From Myxococcales bacterium UBA1238 (GTDB lineage Bacteria > Myxococcota_A > Bradymonadia > UBA7976 > UBA1532): DNA of 64,000 bases. The stretch lies in the NCBI GenBank assembly GCA_002309015.1, contig DBWM01000011.1, forward strand, positions 15,986 through 79,985, written 5' to 3'. The position numbers and the translations under genes were made by a program. Below the pieces are notes generated by a model, which was not told where the DNA came from, ran no database searches, and saw only the letters and a list, made by a program, of their open reading frames with translations. Below, piece after piece: positions 34,819-45,492 of this stretch. Position 1 is the first letter of the stretch. Each line of letters begins with the position of its first letter.

Positions 34819-35954
34819 CTGAAGATTTTGTGGTCGCATCGGGCGAGGCCGTCCTGCTTTTGGGCGGTCTGCTGGTCGTTTTCGTACTCTTATGGATCGC
34901 GAGCCGTCTCTGTTATGCGGTGCGCCACGGCTTTTCAATCCGTTTTCTGCTGTTTCTGGCGATCCTGGGCACGACCCTGCTGACCACCGGCCTGATGGGC
35001 ATGTGGGCGGTCAATCGCGTGCAGGCTTTGGGGCTCGAACATCGGAATGCGTTCGTCGATCTGGTGCGCGGATTCGGTCCTAAGTCTGCGTTTTTGTTCT
35101 GTATTCTGCTGGTCTCCGCGTTGGCGGCCGCCTTGCTTCTGGGGCGCAGTCTGGCCCGTCCCATCGAGAGTCTCGCGCATTCTGCAGAGGAGATCGCTGC
35201 CGGAAAACGTCACGCCGTCCTGCCGCCTCCCGTCGGTCGCGAGGTTCGCCGCCTGACCCAGGCGTTTGAATCGATGCGCCGCTCCCTCGAGGATCGCCAT
35301 CAAATCGAGCAGTTTGTTGCAGATTTATCTCACGAGCTCAAGAATCCGGTTTCGGCCATCCGCGCTTCGACCGAGGCCCTGATGGAGGGCGCCGCGAGCG
35401 AACCCCAGATGCGGGAACGCTTTTTGTCGCGGATCGACGAGGCTTCTGCGCGTCTGGAGCTGCTGTTGCAGGATTTGCTGGCGCTGGCGCGTCTGGAGGC
35501 GCGGGGGATAGAGCCTGACGGCGAGATGGTGCAGCTGGATGAACTGGCGCGCGATGCGATCAAAAACTGTTCCGCAACGATTGAATCAAAAAGGATTGAT
35601 TTTAAAGAAGATTTTGAGCACGTGCGGATCCGTGGTGATGCGCGCTGGCTGCGGCGGGCCATCGACAATTTGCTCTCCAATGCCCTGCGTTACAGTCCCG
35701 AGGGGGGGAGGATCGATTGCCGCTTGTCTCTGGATCGCGAGGAGGCGGTTTTTCGGATTCAGGATCAGGGACCTGGCGTGCATCCGGCGTTAAAGCCAAA
35801 GATTTTTGAGCGCTTTGTGACCGATCGCGCCCATGCGGGGGGAACGGGGCTGGGGCTTGCGATCGTGCGTAGCGTAGCCGAGCATCACGGCGGATCGGCG
35901 AGGCTCATCGATCAGGAAAAGGGCGCCTGCTTTGAGATGCGTTTGCGCGCATAA
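34815..35954 (+). CDS. sensor histidine kinase (2 TM, HAMP, HisKA, HATPase_c)
   Basis: H-box FVADLSHELKNPVSAI. N-box LLSNALRYSP. G-boxes QDQGPGV and GTGLGLAIV. TTG start overlaps the response-regulator stop. Confidence 0.9.
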   Translation: MTEDFVVASGEAVLLLGGLLVVFVLLWIASRLCYAVRHGFSIRFLLFLAILGTTLLTTGLMGMWAVNRVQALGLEHRNAFVDLVRGFGPKSAFLFCILLVSALAAALLLGRSLARPIESLAHSAEEIAAGKRHAVLPPPVGREVRRLTQAFESMRRSLEDRHQIEQFVADLSHELKNPVSAIRASTEALMEGAASEPQMRERFLSRIDEASARLELLLQDLLALARLEARGIEPDGEMVQLDELARDAIKNCSATIESKRIDFKEDFEHVRIRGDARWLRRAIDNLLSNALRYSPEGGRIDCRLSLDREEAVFRIQDQGPGVHPALKPKIFERFVTDRAHAGGTGLGLAIVRSVAEHHGGSARLIDQEKGACFEMRLRA

Positions 35955-35972
35955 CCTGCTGATTTCAAAGAA

Positions 35973-36530
35973 TTAAATGTCCGCGCAAGGGTTCGGGTAA
36001 ATGCGAAAATCGCAGTCGCATTCGCCGCAGGTTTCAAGCTCGCAGTCCCGCTCGCTCAGACCGTACTGCATGCATCGCATCACCTGACAACAGTTGTAAC
36101 TGTCCCATAGGTCTTGCTTTTCGCCTTGCGAAGCGTCGGCTGGGGCGGAGGCATCTCTCTCGGCAACGCCCGCATCTTCGGCTTCTTCGTGCAAAAAAAC
36201 ATCGCAAATATGGGCGTTTTCTTCGACAGCGGCCCTGATGGCATCGCAGACGGGCATGGTGAGATCGGGGGCATCGTCGCAGAGCAGTTCGCAGCTCAAC
36301 GCGTCTACGCTTTGATTGCAGGCGGTTTCGGCGCAGTTTCGAAGGCCGGGGCAGAGTTTTTTGCAGCTGCCGCTTTCGGTCTGAGCGCTCTGGGCGGTTC
36401 TGGTTTGGTCAAACGCATCTAAAAACCGCGAGAGTTCGCCTCGCCTTCCGAGGGGGCTCAGATCCGCTTTTTCGCAAGCGCTGGTCCAGAAAAGAGGAAA
36501 TAAAGCGAGCGCGTATTTTAAAGGCAGCAT
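35973..36530 (-). CDS. Cys-rich secreted lipoprotein, unknown function
   Basis: ATG at 36530 gives MLPLKYALALFPLFWTSAC (lipobox). About 20 Cys in ~185 aa, ending ..CELETCGECDCDFRIYPNPCADI. Confidence 0.6.
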   Translation of the reverse strand: MLPLKYALALFPLFWTSACEKADLSPLGRRGELSRFLDAFDQTRTAQSAQTESGSCKKLCPGLRNCAETACNQSVDALSCELLCDDAPDLTMPVCDAIRAAVEENAHICDVFLHEEAEDAGVAERDASAPADASQGEKQDLWDSYNCCQVMRCMQYGLSERDCELETCGECDCDFRIYPNPCADI

Positions 36531-36670
36531 TTTTTCTCCAAACCGGTAACCGCTTAAAATGGCATAAACCCAAGGACCGCGCAATTTTATAACTGCCTAT
36601 TTTTTAAGTTGATTTTGCGGGTTTGAACTTTTATGTGCAATGCTTTGCCGGGTCGTCATGGGGAGAAAAA

Positions 36671-37162
36671 ATGCCTCTTTTTGAACCGAAATTGCCTCGA
36701 ATGCTGATTTTGATGCGCCACGCGCTGGCCGATCGCTCGGTGGCCGATTTTGAGCGACCTCTGACGCCGGTGGGGCAGGTCGATGCCTGGTCGATTGGGG
36801 TTCAGCTCAAGGGCATGGATTGGGTGCCCACCGAGGTGGTGGTGACTTCGGCCATCCGCACGCAACAAACCTGGGCGGCCATGCGCGATCACCTGGCGCC
36901 CGACGTGGAGCCTTGCATCGAACCCGGTCTCTTTCGTTGCCGCGAGTCTGCGATCGAGGCGCGGATTCAGCAATGCAGGTCGAATACGCTGATGGTGATC
37001 GCGCACAATCCGGCGATTTCGCGTCTGACGGCTCGATATATGGACATCACGGCGCTCCGTTTGGGCACGGGCTGGACCGTCGTTTTTGAGCGCGACGGCA
37101 AGAAATGGAACTTTTTGCAGCTGCTGAAGCCCAAGAGCGACTGGGAACCTGCGGTCGATTAA
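36671..37162 (+). CDS. histidine phosphatase superfamily, SixA-like phosphohistidine phosphatase
   Basis: GGGAGA RBS before the ATG at 36671. LILMRHALA (RHG-type motif). Second His in VIAHNPAIS. ~160 aa. Confidence 0.7.
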   Translation: MPLFEPKLPRMLILMRHALADRSVADFERPLTPVGQVDAWSIGVQLKGMDWVPTEVVVTSAIRTQQTWAAMRDHLAPDVEPCIEPGLFRCRESAIEARIQQCRSNTLMVIAHNPAISRLTARYMDITALRLGTGWTVVFERDGKKWNFLQLLKPKSDWEPAVD

Positions 37163-37206
37163 GTGATTTAGATCAATGCATTTTTTGCACTTTATCTTCC
37201 GCCTGA

Positions 37207-38169
37207 ATGGTTAAAAATTCACGGTATCGGGTTGCCAAACGGTTGGGAGAAACTGGGTTGGAATTATTGCCTGCACAAAGCGTGCCGTTCGATGGTCTGA
37301 GCCGCTTGCTCGACGAGATCGATCGCTTTGATTGTCTGAATCTGCCCTGGCGCGAAACTTTCGATAGCAAGCGCGCTTTTGTCATGATGCATCAGGGGTT
37401 ACCGATCGCCTGCGCGTGGATTTGGGGCGAGCGCGGCCTCGATGTGCGCGTGCATCCCCAATATCGCAAGCAAGGCATTGCAACCCTTTTGTTGAGTCAT
37501 CTCTCGCAGTTAGCGCCTCTGCCCGTTTGGGTTCAACATTGGAACGTGCATTTTGATCTCGCCAACCGCGCCGCTTTGGAAATGGCCGAGCGCATCAACG
37601 TGCGGTTCGAAAAGGTGCTGCGGCATCTCTGTTGGGAAGGCTCCGAAGAAGACGTGCCCCACGCGTTTCAGGTCGCCCGGTTGCAGTCCGTACAGCAAAC
37701 CGTTCGCGTTCAAAACTTCCTTAAAAAGAACAAAATCTCCTTTGTTTTGAGTGGGTTGGAAGCCTCTCGCCTGGAGGCTCAGATCGCCGTTTTAGAGGGC
37801 AGCGAGGTGGGTTGCCTGGTGGCCGAGCGCCTGCCCGAGGCGTTTGAGCTGCGATGTCTCTTCATTCAGCCCGAGCATCGCTGTTTCGGCATCGGCCGCT
37901 CGCTCGTATGCCATCTGATGGAACGCGCAGCGCAGCAACATTGCGGGATCTGTCTGAGGCTGAGCGAAGATTATGAAAAGCTGGTCGATGAGGAGGAAGG
38001 GGATGAGGGGAATGAGGATGAGGATTTGCCGTTTGAGATGAACGATTGGTTTTCCCATTTGGGATTCTGGACTTACCGAACGACGATCCTCGGCGTCTAT
38101 CGTTTACCTCTGCGACAAAAATTTACGCCTGACTCAAATAGTTTTCAAAAGCGGGCAATAAACGGCTGA
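37207..38169 (+). CDS. tandem GNAT-type N-acetyltransferase
   Basis: Two acetyl-CoA motif-A-like segments: YRKQGIATLLLSHL and HRCFGIGRSLVCHLMERA. Confidence 0.65.
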   Translation: MVKNSRYRVAKRLGETGLELLPAQSVPFDGLSRLLDEIDRFDCLNLPWRETFDSKRAFVMMHQGLPIACAWIWGERGLDVRVHPQYRKQGIATLLLSHLSQLAPLPVWVQHWNVHFDLANRAALEMAERINVRFEKVLRHLCWEGSEEDVPHAFQVARLQSVQQTVRVQNFLKKNKISFVLSGLEASRLEAQIAVLEGSEVGCLVAERLPEAFELRCLFIQPEHRCFGIGRSLVCHLMERAAQQHCGICLRLSEDYEKLVDEEEGDEGNEDEDLPFEMNDWFSHLGFWTYRTTILGVYRLPLRQKFTPDSNSFQKRAING

Positions 38170-38485
38170 GCTCGCATTGAAGGCAGTCGCAGGCGTCCTG
38201 AGCGGCATCGAGATCGTTTTCGATGGCGCTGGCCTCTACCAGTTCGGCGGTTTTGGCCGCAGCGGCCGCGCCGATGTACATCAGCCCACCCTTCAGCTTA
38301 TGAGCGGCCGATCCCAGTTCGCGATGAGATTTTTGACTGAGGGCGGTTTGCAGATCGCTCATATGCTGCTCATACTGAGTCAGAAACGAATCAAAAACTT
38401 CGCGTAACAACCCGCGATCATTCATGAAATCATCTTCGATGATCGCAGGGTCGATGATCGGTAAAGCGGCTTCTTGCATCGTCAC
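38123..38485 (-). CDS. stand-alone Hpt (histidine phosphotransfer) protein
   Basis: Hpt signature SAAHKLKGGLMYIGA within a ~120-aa four-helix-type sequence. Confidence 0.8.
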   Translation of the reverse strand: MTMQEAALPIIDPAIIEDDFMNDRGLLREVFDSFLTQYEQHMSDLQTALSQKSHRELGSAAHKLKGGLMYIGAAAAAKTAELVEASAIENDLDAAQDACDCLQCELSRLLPAFENYLSQA

Positions 38486-38506
38486 ACTCCGTTTGAAGCT
38501 GAGGCT

Positions 38507-38701
38507 TTAATGCATGAACTTCCGGTTTTTGCAAGAGGGAGATTGCTTCCTGCAGGATCCGAGCGGCAATCCGGCCTTGCGACAATGACAATTGGGCCCG
38601 CCGCAATGCGGTTGAAGCGGCTTTCGCCTGAAGATGACCCCCAGTCCGAGCGCCGCCATAAAGCCTAAAAAAGCCAGAAACGCAAATAAAAACGCATACA
38701 T
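38507..38701 (-). CDS. nqrM: (Na+)-NQR maturation factor NqrM-like
   Basis: 64 aa. A single N-terminal TM helix followed by the Cys cluster RRKPLQPHCGGPNCHC..GSC. Located directly after apbE (TAATG overlap), as in other nqr loci. Confidence 0.7.
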   Translation of the reverse strand: MYAFLFAFLAFLGFMAALGLGVIFRRKPLQPHCGGPNCHCRKAGLPLGSCRKQSPSCKNRKFMH

Positions 38702-39741
38702 TACGGCGCATCTCCAAAGACTTGAATCCAGGCTTGCGAAGGCAGCGCGCGCAGTCCCTCTTCGTTCCGCTCGATCAGATAGGCGGCCAGATGGAGCTGA
38801 TTGGCCCGATCCAGGCCTTCTTGGGGGCCCAGAACGTTGAGGGCGGTGGCCCAGGCGTCGGCGGTCATGCAGTCTTTGGCCCAGACGCTGACCGAGGTGA
38901 GGCTGTGTTCAATGGGCTTGCCTGTTCGCGGATCGATCGTGTGAGAGACCCGTTTCCCGTTGATTTCCCTGTAGTTAAAGTAATCCCCCGAAGTGGCCAG
39001 AGCGCCGCCTGTTTGCTTTAAAACCAGATACGCCGCCGATTGGCTTTCGGGGTGGGCGATGCCGAGCTTCCAAAGCTGCCCTTCCGGATTTTGACCCGAG
39101 ACCCGAATTTCTCCGCCGATCTCGACCAGATAATTAAAAATCCCTTTGGATTCGAGCAGTTCTGCGATTTTGTCCACGCCGTATCCCTTGGCGATGGCCG
39201 AAAGATTGCAGGCCGTTTCGGGGTTTTGTTTGACGATCGCGCGAGTTTGGGGATCGAGAGCGATTTGCCGGAACCCTACATTTCTTTTGATTTGACTCAA
39301 AATGAGATCGTCCGGCGGATCCTCTCGTTTTGCAGGTCCAAAGCCCCAGGCATCGATCAAAGGCGCGGTCGTAATGTCGAAGGCGCCGTCTGAAAGCGCG
39401 CTCACCTGCATCGCCTGTTCCATCACGCGAAAGAGCATCTCTGATGCCGAAAAACGCTGTGTTTTCGATGCGTTAAGGTTCGAAATTTCGGATTCCGGAT
39501 CGAAGACCGAAAGCGTCTTTTGCAGCCGTTCGAGCTCGGCCCGAATGTCGGTTTCGATGGCGTTTTTGCTTTGATTCCGGGGCAGTTCAAATTGCGCATG
39601 CCAAAACGTCCCCATGGTCAGGCCCTGCAGCCGATGCCATCGGGAGGGCGCGCGCAAGGCCCAGAAGAGCAGCAGACCGAGGGTGGCCGCTGTCAGCAAA
39701 AGGACGTATTTCTTAAATAAATTCAATGCATTATCCGCCAA
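38701..39741 (-). CDS. apbE: FAD:protein FMN transferase
   Basis: ApbE family hallmarks: [38 protein letters not shown]. Confidence 0.9.
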   Translation of the reverse strand: MADNALNLFKKYVLLLTAATLGLLLFWALRAPSRWHRLQGLTMGTFWHAQFELPRNQSKNAIETDIRAELERLQKTLSVFDPESEISNLNASKTQRFSASEMLFRVMEQAMQVSALSDGAFDITTAPLIDAWGFGPAKREDPPDDLILSQIKRNVGFRQIALDPQTRAIVKQNPETACNLSAIAKGYGVDKIAELLESKGIFNYLVEIGGEIRVSGQNPEGQLWKLGIAHPESQSAAYLVLKQTGGALATSGDYFNYREINGKRVSHTIDPRTGKPIEHSLTSVSVWAKDCMTADAWATALNVLGPQEGLDRANQLHLAAYLIERNEEGLRALPSQAWIQVFGDAP

Positions 39742-40957
39742 AATCGTCGTAAAGGATGTTTTCGGGCTCGACGCCTAAATCGCTTAACATCTTTTTGACG
39801 GCCGAAATCATCATCGGCGGACCGCAAAGGTAATATTCGATCGATTCAGGGGCGGGGTGATCCTTTAAATATTGCTCGAAAAGCACCTGGTGAATGAAGC
39901 CCCTGGGGTAGCGATCGCCGTCTTCCGGCAGAGGATCCGAGAGCGCCAATTGCCATGTAAAATTGGGATGTTCCGCCGCTAAACGATCAAAATCCTCCAC
40001 AAAAAAGGCTTCGCGCAGGCTGCGGGCGCCGTACCAGAACGAAATCCTGCGCTGGCTGTTTAAGCGCAGCAGCTGGTCAAAAATATGCGATCTCATCGGT
40101 GCCATGCCCGCACCGCCGCCGATGAAGACCATCTCATTTTCTGTTTCGCGCGCAAAGAATTCCCCAAACGGCCCCAAAACCGTGACCTCGTCGCCGGGCT
40201 TCAGATTGAAAATGTACGACGACATCTGGCCGGGCGGCGCGTCCGGGCTTTTTGGGGGGGGCGTCGCGATGCGCACGTTGAGCATGATGATGCCTTCTTC
40301 GAGGGGGAAGTTGGCCATCGAATAGGCGCGGGTCACCTTCTCGCGCACATGCGATTCGTAGCGCCAGAGATTGTATTTATCCCAGTCCGAACGGTATTCC
40401 TGAGAAATGTCAAAATCTTTAAACGAAACATCGTGCGGCGGCGCTTCGAGCTGAACGTAACCTCCTGCGCGGAAATGGAGCTTCTCGCCCTCAGGCAGCC
40501 TGAGAACCAGTTTCTTGATAAAAGTCGCGACGTTATCGTTCGAGACGACGGTGCATTTCATGCGGCGGACCGACAGGATCGAGTCGTCGAGCGCGAGTTG
40601 CATGTCTTGCGAAATCCTGGTCTGGCAGGCCAGATGGTAGCCGTCGCGGATCTCTTTGCGGCTTAAATGGGCGCTTTCTGTGGGCAAAACGCTGCCGGCG
40701 CCTTTTAAGACGCGCAATTTGCAAACGCCGCAGGTGCCCTGACCGCCGCAGGCCGAGGGGACAAAGATGCCGTTTTGAGCCAGGGCGCTGAGCAGGCTGT
40801 CTCCGGTTTCGGCGGTGACGGACTGGTTTTCGGCCCCCCCTAAGGCGAGCTGCACAGGCTTGCTGGGCAAAAGTTTTTGACGCGCAAGCAATAAAACGAT
40901 CACCAAAAGGGCGACCGTCAGAACAAAAACAGCGGTTCCAATGAGAATGGTCGGCAT
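39731..40957 (-). CDS. nqrF: Na+-translocating NADH:quinone reductase subunit F
   Basis: N-terminal TM. 2Fe-2S motif [14 protein letters not shown] motif [12 protein letters not shown] motif [12 protein letters not shown]. Confidence 0.95.
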   Translation of the reverse strand: MPTILIGTAVFVLTVALLVIVLLLARQKLLPSKPVQLALGGAENQSVTAETGDSLLSALAQNGIFVPSACGGQGTCGVCKLRVLKGAGSVLPTESAHLSRKEIRDGYHLACQTRISQDMQLALDDSILSVRRMKCTVVSNDNVATFIKKLVLRLPEGEKLHFRAGGYVQLEAPPHDVSFKDFDISQEYRSDWDKYNLWRYESHVREKVTRAYSMANFPLEEGIIMLNVRIATPPPKSPDAPPGQMSSYIFNLKPGDEVTVLGPFGEFFARETENEMVFIGGGAGMAPMRSHIFDQLLRLNSQRRISFWYGARSLREAFFVEDFDRLAAEHPNFTWQLALSDPLPEDGDRYPRGFIHQVLFEQYLKDHPAPESIEYYLCGPPMMISAVKKMLSDLGVEPENILYDDFGG

Positions 40958-40964
40958 AACAATC

Positions 40965-41579
40965 TCACAGTTGAATGCCAGAGAAGGCCATAAAGGCGAT
41001 CGCCATCAGTCCGGTTGTGATAAACGAAATCCCGAGTCCGCGAAGACCTTTGGGTACGTCCGAGTAATGCAGCTTTTCGCGAATGGCGGCGAATGCGGTG
41101 ATGGCGAGCATCCATCCGAGACCCGAACTCAATCCAAAAACGGCGGATTCCGCGCAGTCGTAATCGCGCTCGGCCATGAACAGGCTCCCTCCGAGGATCG
41201 CGCAATTGACCGCAATTAAAGGCAAAAAGATGCCCAGACTCAGATGCAGGGCGGGCAGAAAGCGCTCTAAAAGCATTTCCACCAGCTGAACCGACGCGGC
41301 GATGGTCCCGATAAAGCAAAGGTAAACCAAAAAGCTGAGATCGATCGAAGCGCATTCGTCCGACAACCAGCCGAGCGCACCGGGCTTTAAAATCGCGTTT
41401 AAAATTAAATGGTTAAGTGGCAACGTGAGCGTCATCACCAGCGTGACCGCAAGGCCCAGACCGACGGCGGTCTTCACTTTTTGCGAAACGGCCAAAAACG
41501 AGCACATGCCCAAAAAGAAGGCGAGCGCCATGTTTTCGGTAAAAATGCTTTTAATGGCGAGGGTTACGAGATGGCTCAT
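40965..41579 (-). CDS. nqrE: Na+-NQR subunit E
   Basis: ..[23 protein letters not shown].., ~200 aa, 6 TM. Confidence 0.95.
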   Translation of the reverse strand: MSHLVTLAIKSIFTENMALAFFLGMCSFLAVSQKVKTAVGLGLAVTLVMTLTLPLNHLILNAILKPGALGWLSDECASIDLSFLVYLCFIGTIAASVQLVEMLLERFLPALHLSLGIFLPLIAVNCAILGGSLFMAERDYDCAESAVFGLSSGLGWMLAITAFAAIREKLHYSDVPKGLRGLGISFITTGLMAIAFMAFSGIQL

Positions 41580-42193
41580 CGGCCGGGCTCCTGCTGTTCA
41601 GGCTTGAGGGTGCGCAAAATCCAAATCAGCGCGGCGAGCAAAAAGAATGCGCCTGGGGCGAGCTGCAAGAGCCCGTTGCCCGCATACCATCCGCCTTCGG
41701 TTTGTAAGCGTAACACTTCGAAATTAAAGAGCTTTCCTGAACCCAGGAGCTCTCTGAATGCGCCGATGACGATGAGCACCAGGCCGTATCCCGCGCCGTT
41801 GCCGAGCCCGTCTAGAAAGCTGGGCCAGGGGGGATTTTTGAGCGCGTAGGCCTCGGCCCGTCCCATCACGATGCAGTTGGTGATGATGAGCCCCACGTAA
41901 ACCGATAACTGCTTGGAAATATTAAAGAAATAGGCCTTTAAAAACTGATCGGCGACGATGACCAGCGAGGCGATCACGGTCAGCTCGATGATGATGCGGA
42001 TGCTTTGGGGGATGCGATGCCGAAGCAGGCTGACGGTCAGGTTCGACATGGCGGTGACGGCGGCGACGGCGATGCCCATGACGACGGCGGTTTCGAGCTT
42101 GGTGGTGACCGCGAGCGCCGAGCAAATGCCCAAAATCTGCTTGGAAATCGGGTTGTTATCAACCAGCGGGTCGGTAAAGGGGTTCAGATTCAT
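41576..42193 (-). CDS. nqrD: Na+-NQR subunit D
   Basis: ..[21 protein letters not shown].., ~205 aa polytopic. Confidence 0.95.
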   Translation of the reverse strand: MNLNPFTDPLVDNNPISKQILGICSALAVTTKLETAVVMGIAVAAVTAMSNLTVSLLRHRIPQSIRIIIELTVIASLVIVADQFLKAYFFNISKQLSVYVGLIITNCIVMGRAEAYALKNPPWPSFLDGLGNGAGYGLVLIVIGAFRELLGSGKLFNFEVLRLQTEGGWYAGNGLLQLAPGAFFLLAALIWILRTLKPEQQEPGR

Positions 42194-42918
42194 GGGGCGC
42201 CTCTTTGATGCTTTTTAAGATAGCGGCCGTAGCCTTCGTCGGAGAGCCAAAACCGGAGCAGATTTGTGACGCCGCGGCCGGTCAGGGTGGCGCCCGAAAG
42301 GCCGTCCACGCGATGCGGATCGCTTTCGGCGGGACCTGCAATGCCCTTGATGATGGCGATGTCGACGTTCCCTAAATTGTTAAAAACTTTGCGGTTTTCC
42401 CATTTTTTGGTCCATCTCGGATTGGAGATTTCGCCGCCGAGTCCAGGCGTCTCGCCGTGTTTGTAAAAGCTCAGCCCGCGCACGGTGCGCCCGTCGGCGT
42501 TGAGGGCCAAAAAGCCGTAAAGGCGCGACCAGAGGCCCTGGCCCTCGATGGGCAGGATGTGAAGCTCGATCTGGTCGCCTGCGCGCTTTTGAAAGATCGG
42601 CATGCAAACGGGGATTTTGCTGATACCTGCTGGATTTGCGGGCGCATCCCTTGTGGCCTCGCTGGGCGCGGAACAGGGCTCGCCCGTAGCTAGATCGATG
42701 TGCACGGGCGTGAGTTCGCCGTAGGCCTGGGCGATTTCTGCGGGCGTGGCGTCTTGAGCGATCAGGTTTGCGGCGGCCAAAACATTGCGCTGGCGTTCGA
42801 GTTCAGCGTTTTCCTGCTGGCGGTCGCGCAAAAGCACGACGGATCCCGCGACGCAAAGGGCGCAAACGGCGCTGACGGCGATGGCAAAGAGCAGGGTGGT
42901 GCTGTTTTTAATGCGCAT
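42190..42918 (-). CDS. nqrC: Na+-NQR subunit C
   Basis: N-terminal TM. FMN attachment motif [13 protein letters not shown]. Confidence 0.9.
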   Translation of the reverse strand: MRIKNSTTLLFAIAVSAVCALCVAGSVVLLRDRQQENAELERQRNVLAAANLIAQDATPAEIAQAYGELTPVHIDLATGEPCSAPSEATRDAPANPAGISKIPVCMPIFQKRAGDQIELHILPIEGQGLWSRLYGFLALNADGRTVRGLSFYKHGETPGLGGEISNPRWTKKWENRKVFNNLGNVDIAIIKGIAGPAESDPHRVDGLSGATLTGRGVTNLLRFWLSDEGYGRYLKKHQRGAP

Positions 42919-44119
42919 CTCGGGCGGTCCTCCGGCGAATATGCGCGGCGATCACCATGTGATCGATCAGCGGTGCGAGCATATTCATGAATAAAATCGC
43001 GAGCATAACCCCTTCCGGATAGGCGGGGTTGAAGACGCGCAGCGTGACGATGAGGGCGCCCAGTAAGAGCCCGTAAATCCATTTGCCCCTGAGGCTCATG
43101 GCCGAGGTGACGGGATCGGTGGCCATAAAGAAGCAGCCAAAAGCCCATCCGCCGAGCACCATGTGCCAATAAAAAGGCAATGAAAACATGGGGTTGCTGC
43201 TGTCTGGGCAAAGGTTGAGCAGGGTGGCCGTAAGGGTTGTGCCGATCGCGATGCCGAGCACGATGCGCCAGGAGATGATTTGGGTCAAAAGCAGGAACAG
43301 GCCGCCCAAAAGGCATAAAAATGCGGAGGTTTCGCCGATGGCGCCGCCCATCTGTCCAAAAAAGGCGTTCCACCAGTCGCTGCCAAAGGTGAAGCTCTGG
43401 GCGTTTTCGTGGGCGTTGTGAAGCAGGGTCGCGCCCGAAAGTCCGTCCGGAAACTGAGCCGCCGTCCAAATGGATTCACCTGTAATATTCGATGGATAGG
43501 CAAAAAAGAGGAACGCTCGGCCGACCAGTGCGGGGTTCATAAAGTTGGTGCCCGTGCCCCCAAAAACTTCTTTGCCGACCACCACGCCGAACGCGATGCC
43601 GAGCGCCACCTGCCAAAGGGGGATGGTGACGGGCAAAATGAGCGGAAAGAGCGTTCCGGTGACCAAAAAGCCTTCGTTGATGGTTTGGCGCCGCACGAGG
43701 GCGAAGAGGGTTTCGAGGCCGCCGCCCACCACAAAGGTGACCAGATAGATGGGGAAAAACCAGCAGAGTCCGTGAAAAAAGTCGTTTAAAACCGATGGGT
43801 TAAAAGAACCACCGAGAGCGCTGAAAAGATGGGTTTGCCAGGCGTCGAGGGGCGATGCGCCTTTTGAAATGGCCAGGTGAATTTGATGTCCGGTGTTGTA
43901 AATACCGAAGATCATTGAAGGAAAGACGGCAATCACGACCAGGCTCATGATGCGCTTTAAGTCGAGCCCGTCGCGCACATGGGTGCGGCCCTGGGTCACG
44001 TCGCCGGTGGTAAAGCAAAAGCTGTCGAAGGCGTCGTAAATGGGCGCAAAGACGTGCCATTTTTGGCCTGGGGCAAATTTCGGCTTTAATTTGTCGAGGC
44101 CTTTTTTTAGGTAATTCAT
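42908..44119 (-). CDS. nqrB: Na+-NQR subunit B
   Basis: ..DGLSGATLL.. and ..FFMATDPVTS... ATG at 44119 forms an ATGA overlap with the nqrA stop. Confidence 0.95.
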   Translation of the reverse strand: MNYLKKGLDKLKPKFAPGQKWHVFAPIYDAFDSFCFTTGDVTQGRTHVRDGLDLKRIMSLVVIAVFPSMIFGIYNTGHQIHLAISKGASPLDAWQTHLFSALGGSFNPSVLNDFFHGLCWFFPIYLVTFVVGGGLETLFALVRRQTINEGFLVTGTLFPLILPVTIPLWQVALGIAFGVVVGKEVFGGTGTNFMNPALVGRAFLFFAYPSNITGESIWTAAQFPDGLSGATLLHNAHENAQSFTFGSDWWNAFFGQMGGAIGETSAFLCLLGGLFLLLTQIISWRIVLGIAIGTTLTATLLNLCPDSSNPMFSLPFYWHMVLGGWAFGCFFMATDPVTSAMSLRGKWIYGLLLGALIVTLRVFNPAYPEGVMLAILFMNMLAPLIDHMVIAAHIRRRTARDAH

Positions 44120-45480
44120 TGATTTTCTTTCCAAATCTGGTCGAGTACGCGGCGAAGGACCGGACCAAAATCTTCTTTTTCGGGGCTGACGAACGTGCAG
44201 AGCGACAGGTCTTCTTCCTCAAGTTCCAGAGCCCCGAGCGCGATCGCTTGCTCGAGATCTTCGGTGAGCAGGGCGCGCAGCAAAAACGTAGGCTCCAGGC
44301 GCAGGGGCATGACGCGCTCGTAGAGCTCGATGGGCACCATGGGTCGCTTCTCGCCGTGCGATGAGCTGGTGATCCGGCAATGAGCGGGCGAAAATAACCG
44401 CGACGTAAATGCCCGGATGACAGAGAAAATCCGGCTTCCCGGAGCGATCCATCCGAGCAGCCGGCGCTCGCGATCTTCTTCCAAAACCGAAATCTGATGC
44501 GAATAGCGGCTCAAAAAGGGCACGGCATCCTGATCGATGGCGCGTCCGTAAAAGACCGATCCATCGATGATGCGCATGGATTCGGGTTGAAAATCAGCCA
44601 GTTCGCCTTCCAGAAGCTCGTTGATGGAGGCTCCGGCCGGGCATTTGAGCAAGCGCGGCTGAAGGACGCCCGCCCCCCCCAGAGAGATCACCCGATCGCA
44701 ATGTAACTGCCCGGTTTGAAACAGTTTTCCGAGCGCCGCAATGTCCTGATAGCCGATATGCCAGATCGGATTCTGAAGCGAAGCGGGCCTTAAAAAATGG
44801 ATGTGGGTGCCGACCAGCCCTGCAGGATGTTTGCCTTTGAATTCAATCACCTGGAGGCGTTCATCTTCAATCTGCGGAATCTTTGCCTGAGGCGCTTTGC
44901 ACAAAAAGACGGGGCAATCGACGAGCTTTAAACAGACGCGCAGCCCCAGCAAAAACGCTTCCTCCTGGCCTGCGAGCACCGTCTGGGGATCGGGCGCGAG
45001 CGGGCGCGTGTCGATGGCGGTCACAAAAAGCGCTTTGGGCGCGCGCTCAGGATTCGGAATGGCTCCAAAAGGCCGCTCTCTGAAAGCCGTAAAAAGGCCG
45101 GATTCCAGAATGAATTCGATGAGTTGTGCCTGCGTGTACTGCGAGAGATCGGGGCCCTTCCAAAGCGAAAACGGAGTCGCAGATGCGTCGGGATCGAGCG
45201 CGATTTCGATGCTTTGAAGCGCGCGACGCTCGCCCCGGCGGATGCGGGTGATCTCTCCGCTGCCCGGAGCTGTGATGCGCAGCCCGGGATTTGAGCGATC
45301 GGTGGCTAAGCATTGGCCACAAAGGACTTTTTCGCCCTCAGAACAATGGAGATCGGGCTTGAAGTATTTAAAGTCGTCAAAAACGACCGCCACATGTTTG
45401 ACCGTTTGGGAGACGATTTCTTGACGTGGCTCGCCCTGCATGGGCAGGCAAATGCCGCGTTTGATGGTGTAACTGGTCAT
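44116..45480 (-). CDS. nqrA: Na+-NQR subunit A
   Basis: MTSYTIKRGICLPMQGEP.. is an NqrA-type N-terminus. ~450 aa soluble subunit heading the nqrBCDEF genes. Confidence 0.9.
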   Translation of the reverse strand: MTSYTIKRGICLPMQGEPRQEIVSQTVKHVAVVFDDFKYFKPDLHCSEGEKVLCGQCLATDRSNPGLRITAPGSGEITRIRRGERRALQSIEIALDPDASATPFSLWKGPDLSQYTQAQLIEFILESGLFTAFRERPFGAIPNPERAPKALFVTAIDTRPLAPDPQTVLAGQEEAFLLGLRVCLKLVDCPVFLCKAPQAKIPQIEDERLQVIEFKGKHPAGLVGTHIHFLRPASLQNPIWHIGYQDIAALGKLFQTGQLHCDRVISLGGAGVLQPRLLKCPAGASINELLEGELADFQPESMRIIDGSVFYGRAIDQDAVPFLSRYSHQISVLEEDRERRLLGWIAPGSRIFSVIRAFTSRLFSPAHCRITSSSHGEKRPMVPIELYERVMPLRLEPTFLLRALLTEDLEQAIALGALELEEEDLSLCTFVSPEKEDFGPVLRRVLDQIWKENQ

Positions 45481-45492
45481 AAATAAAGGGAT

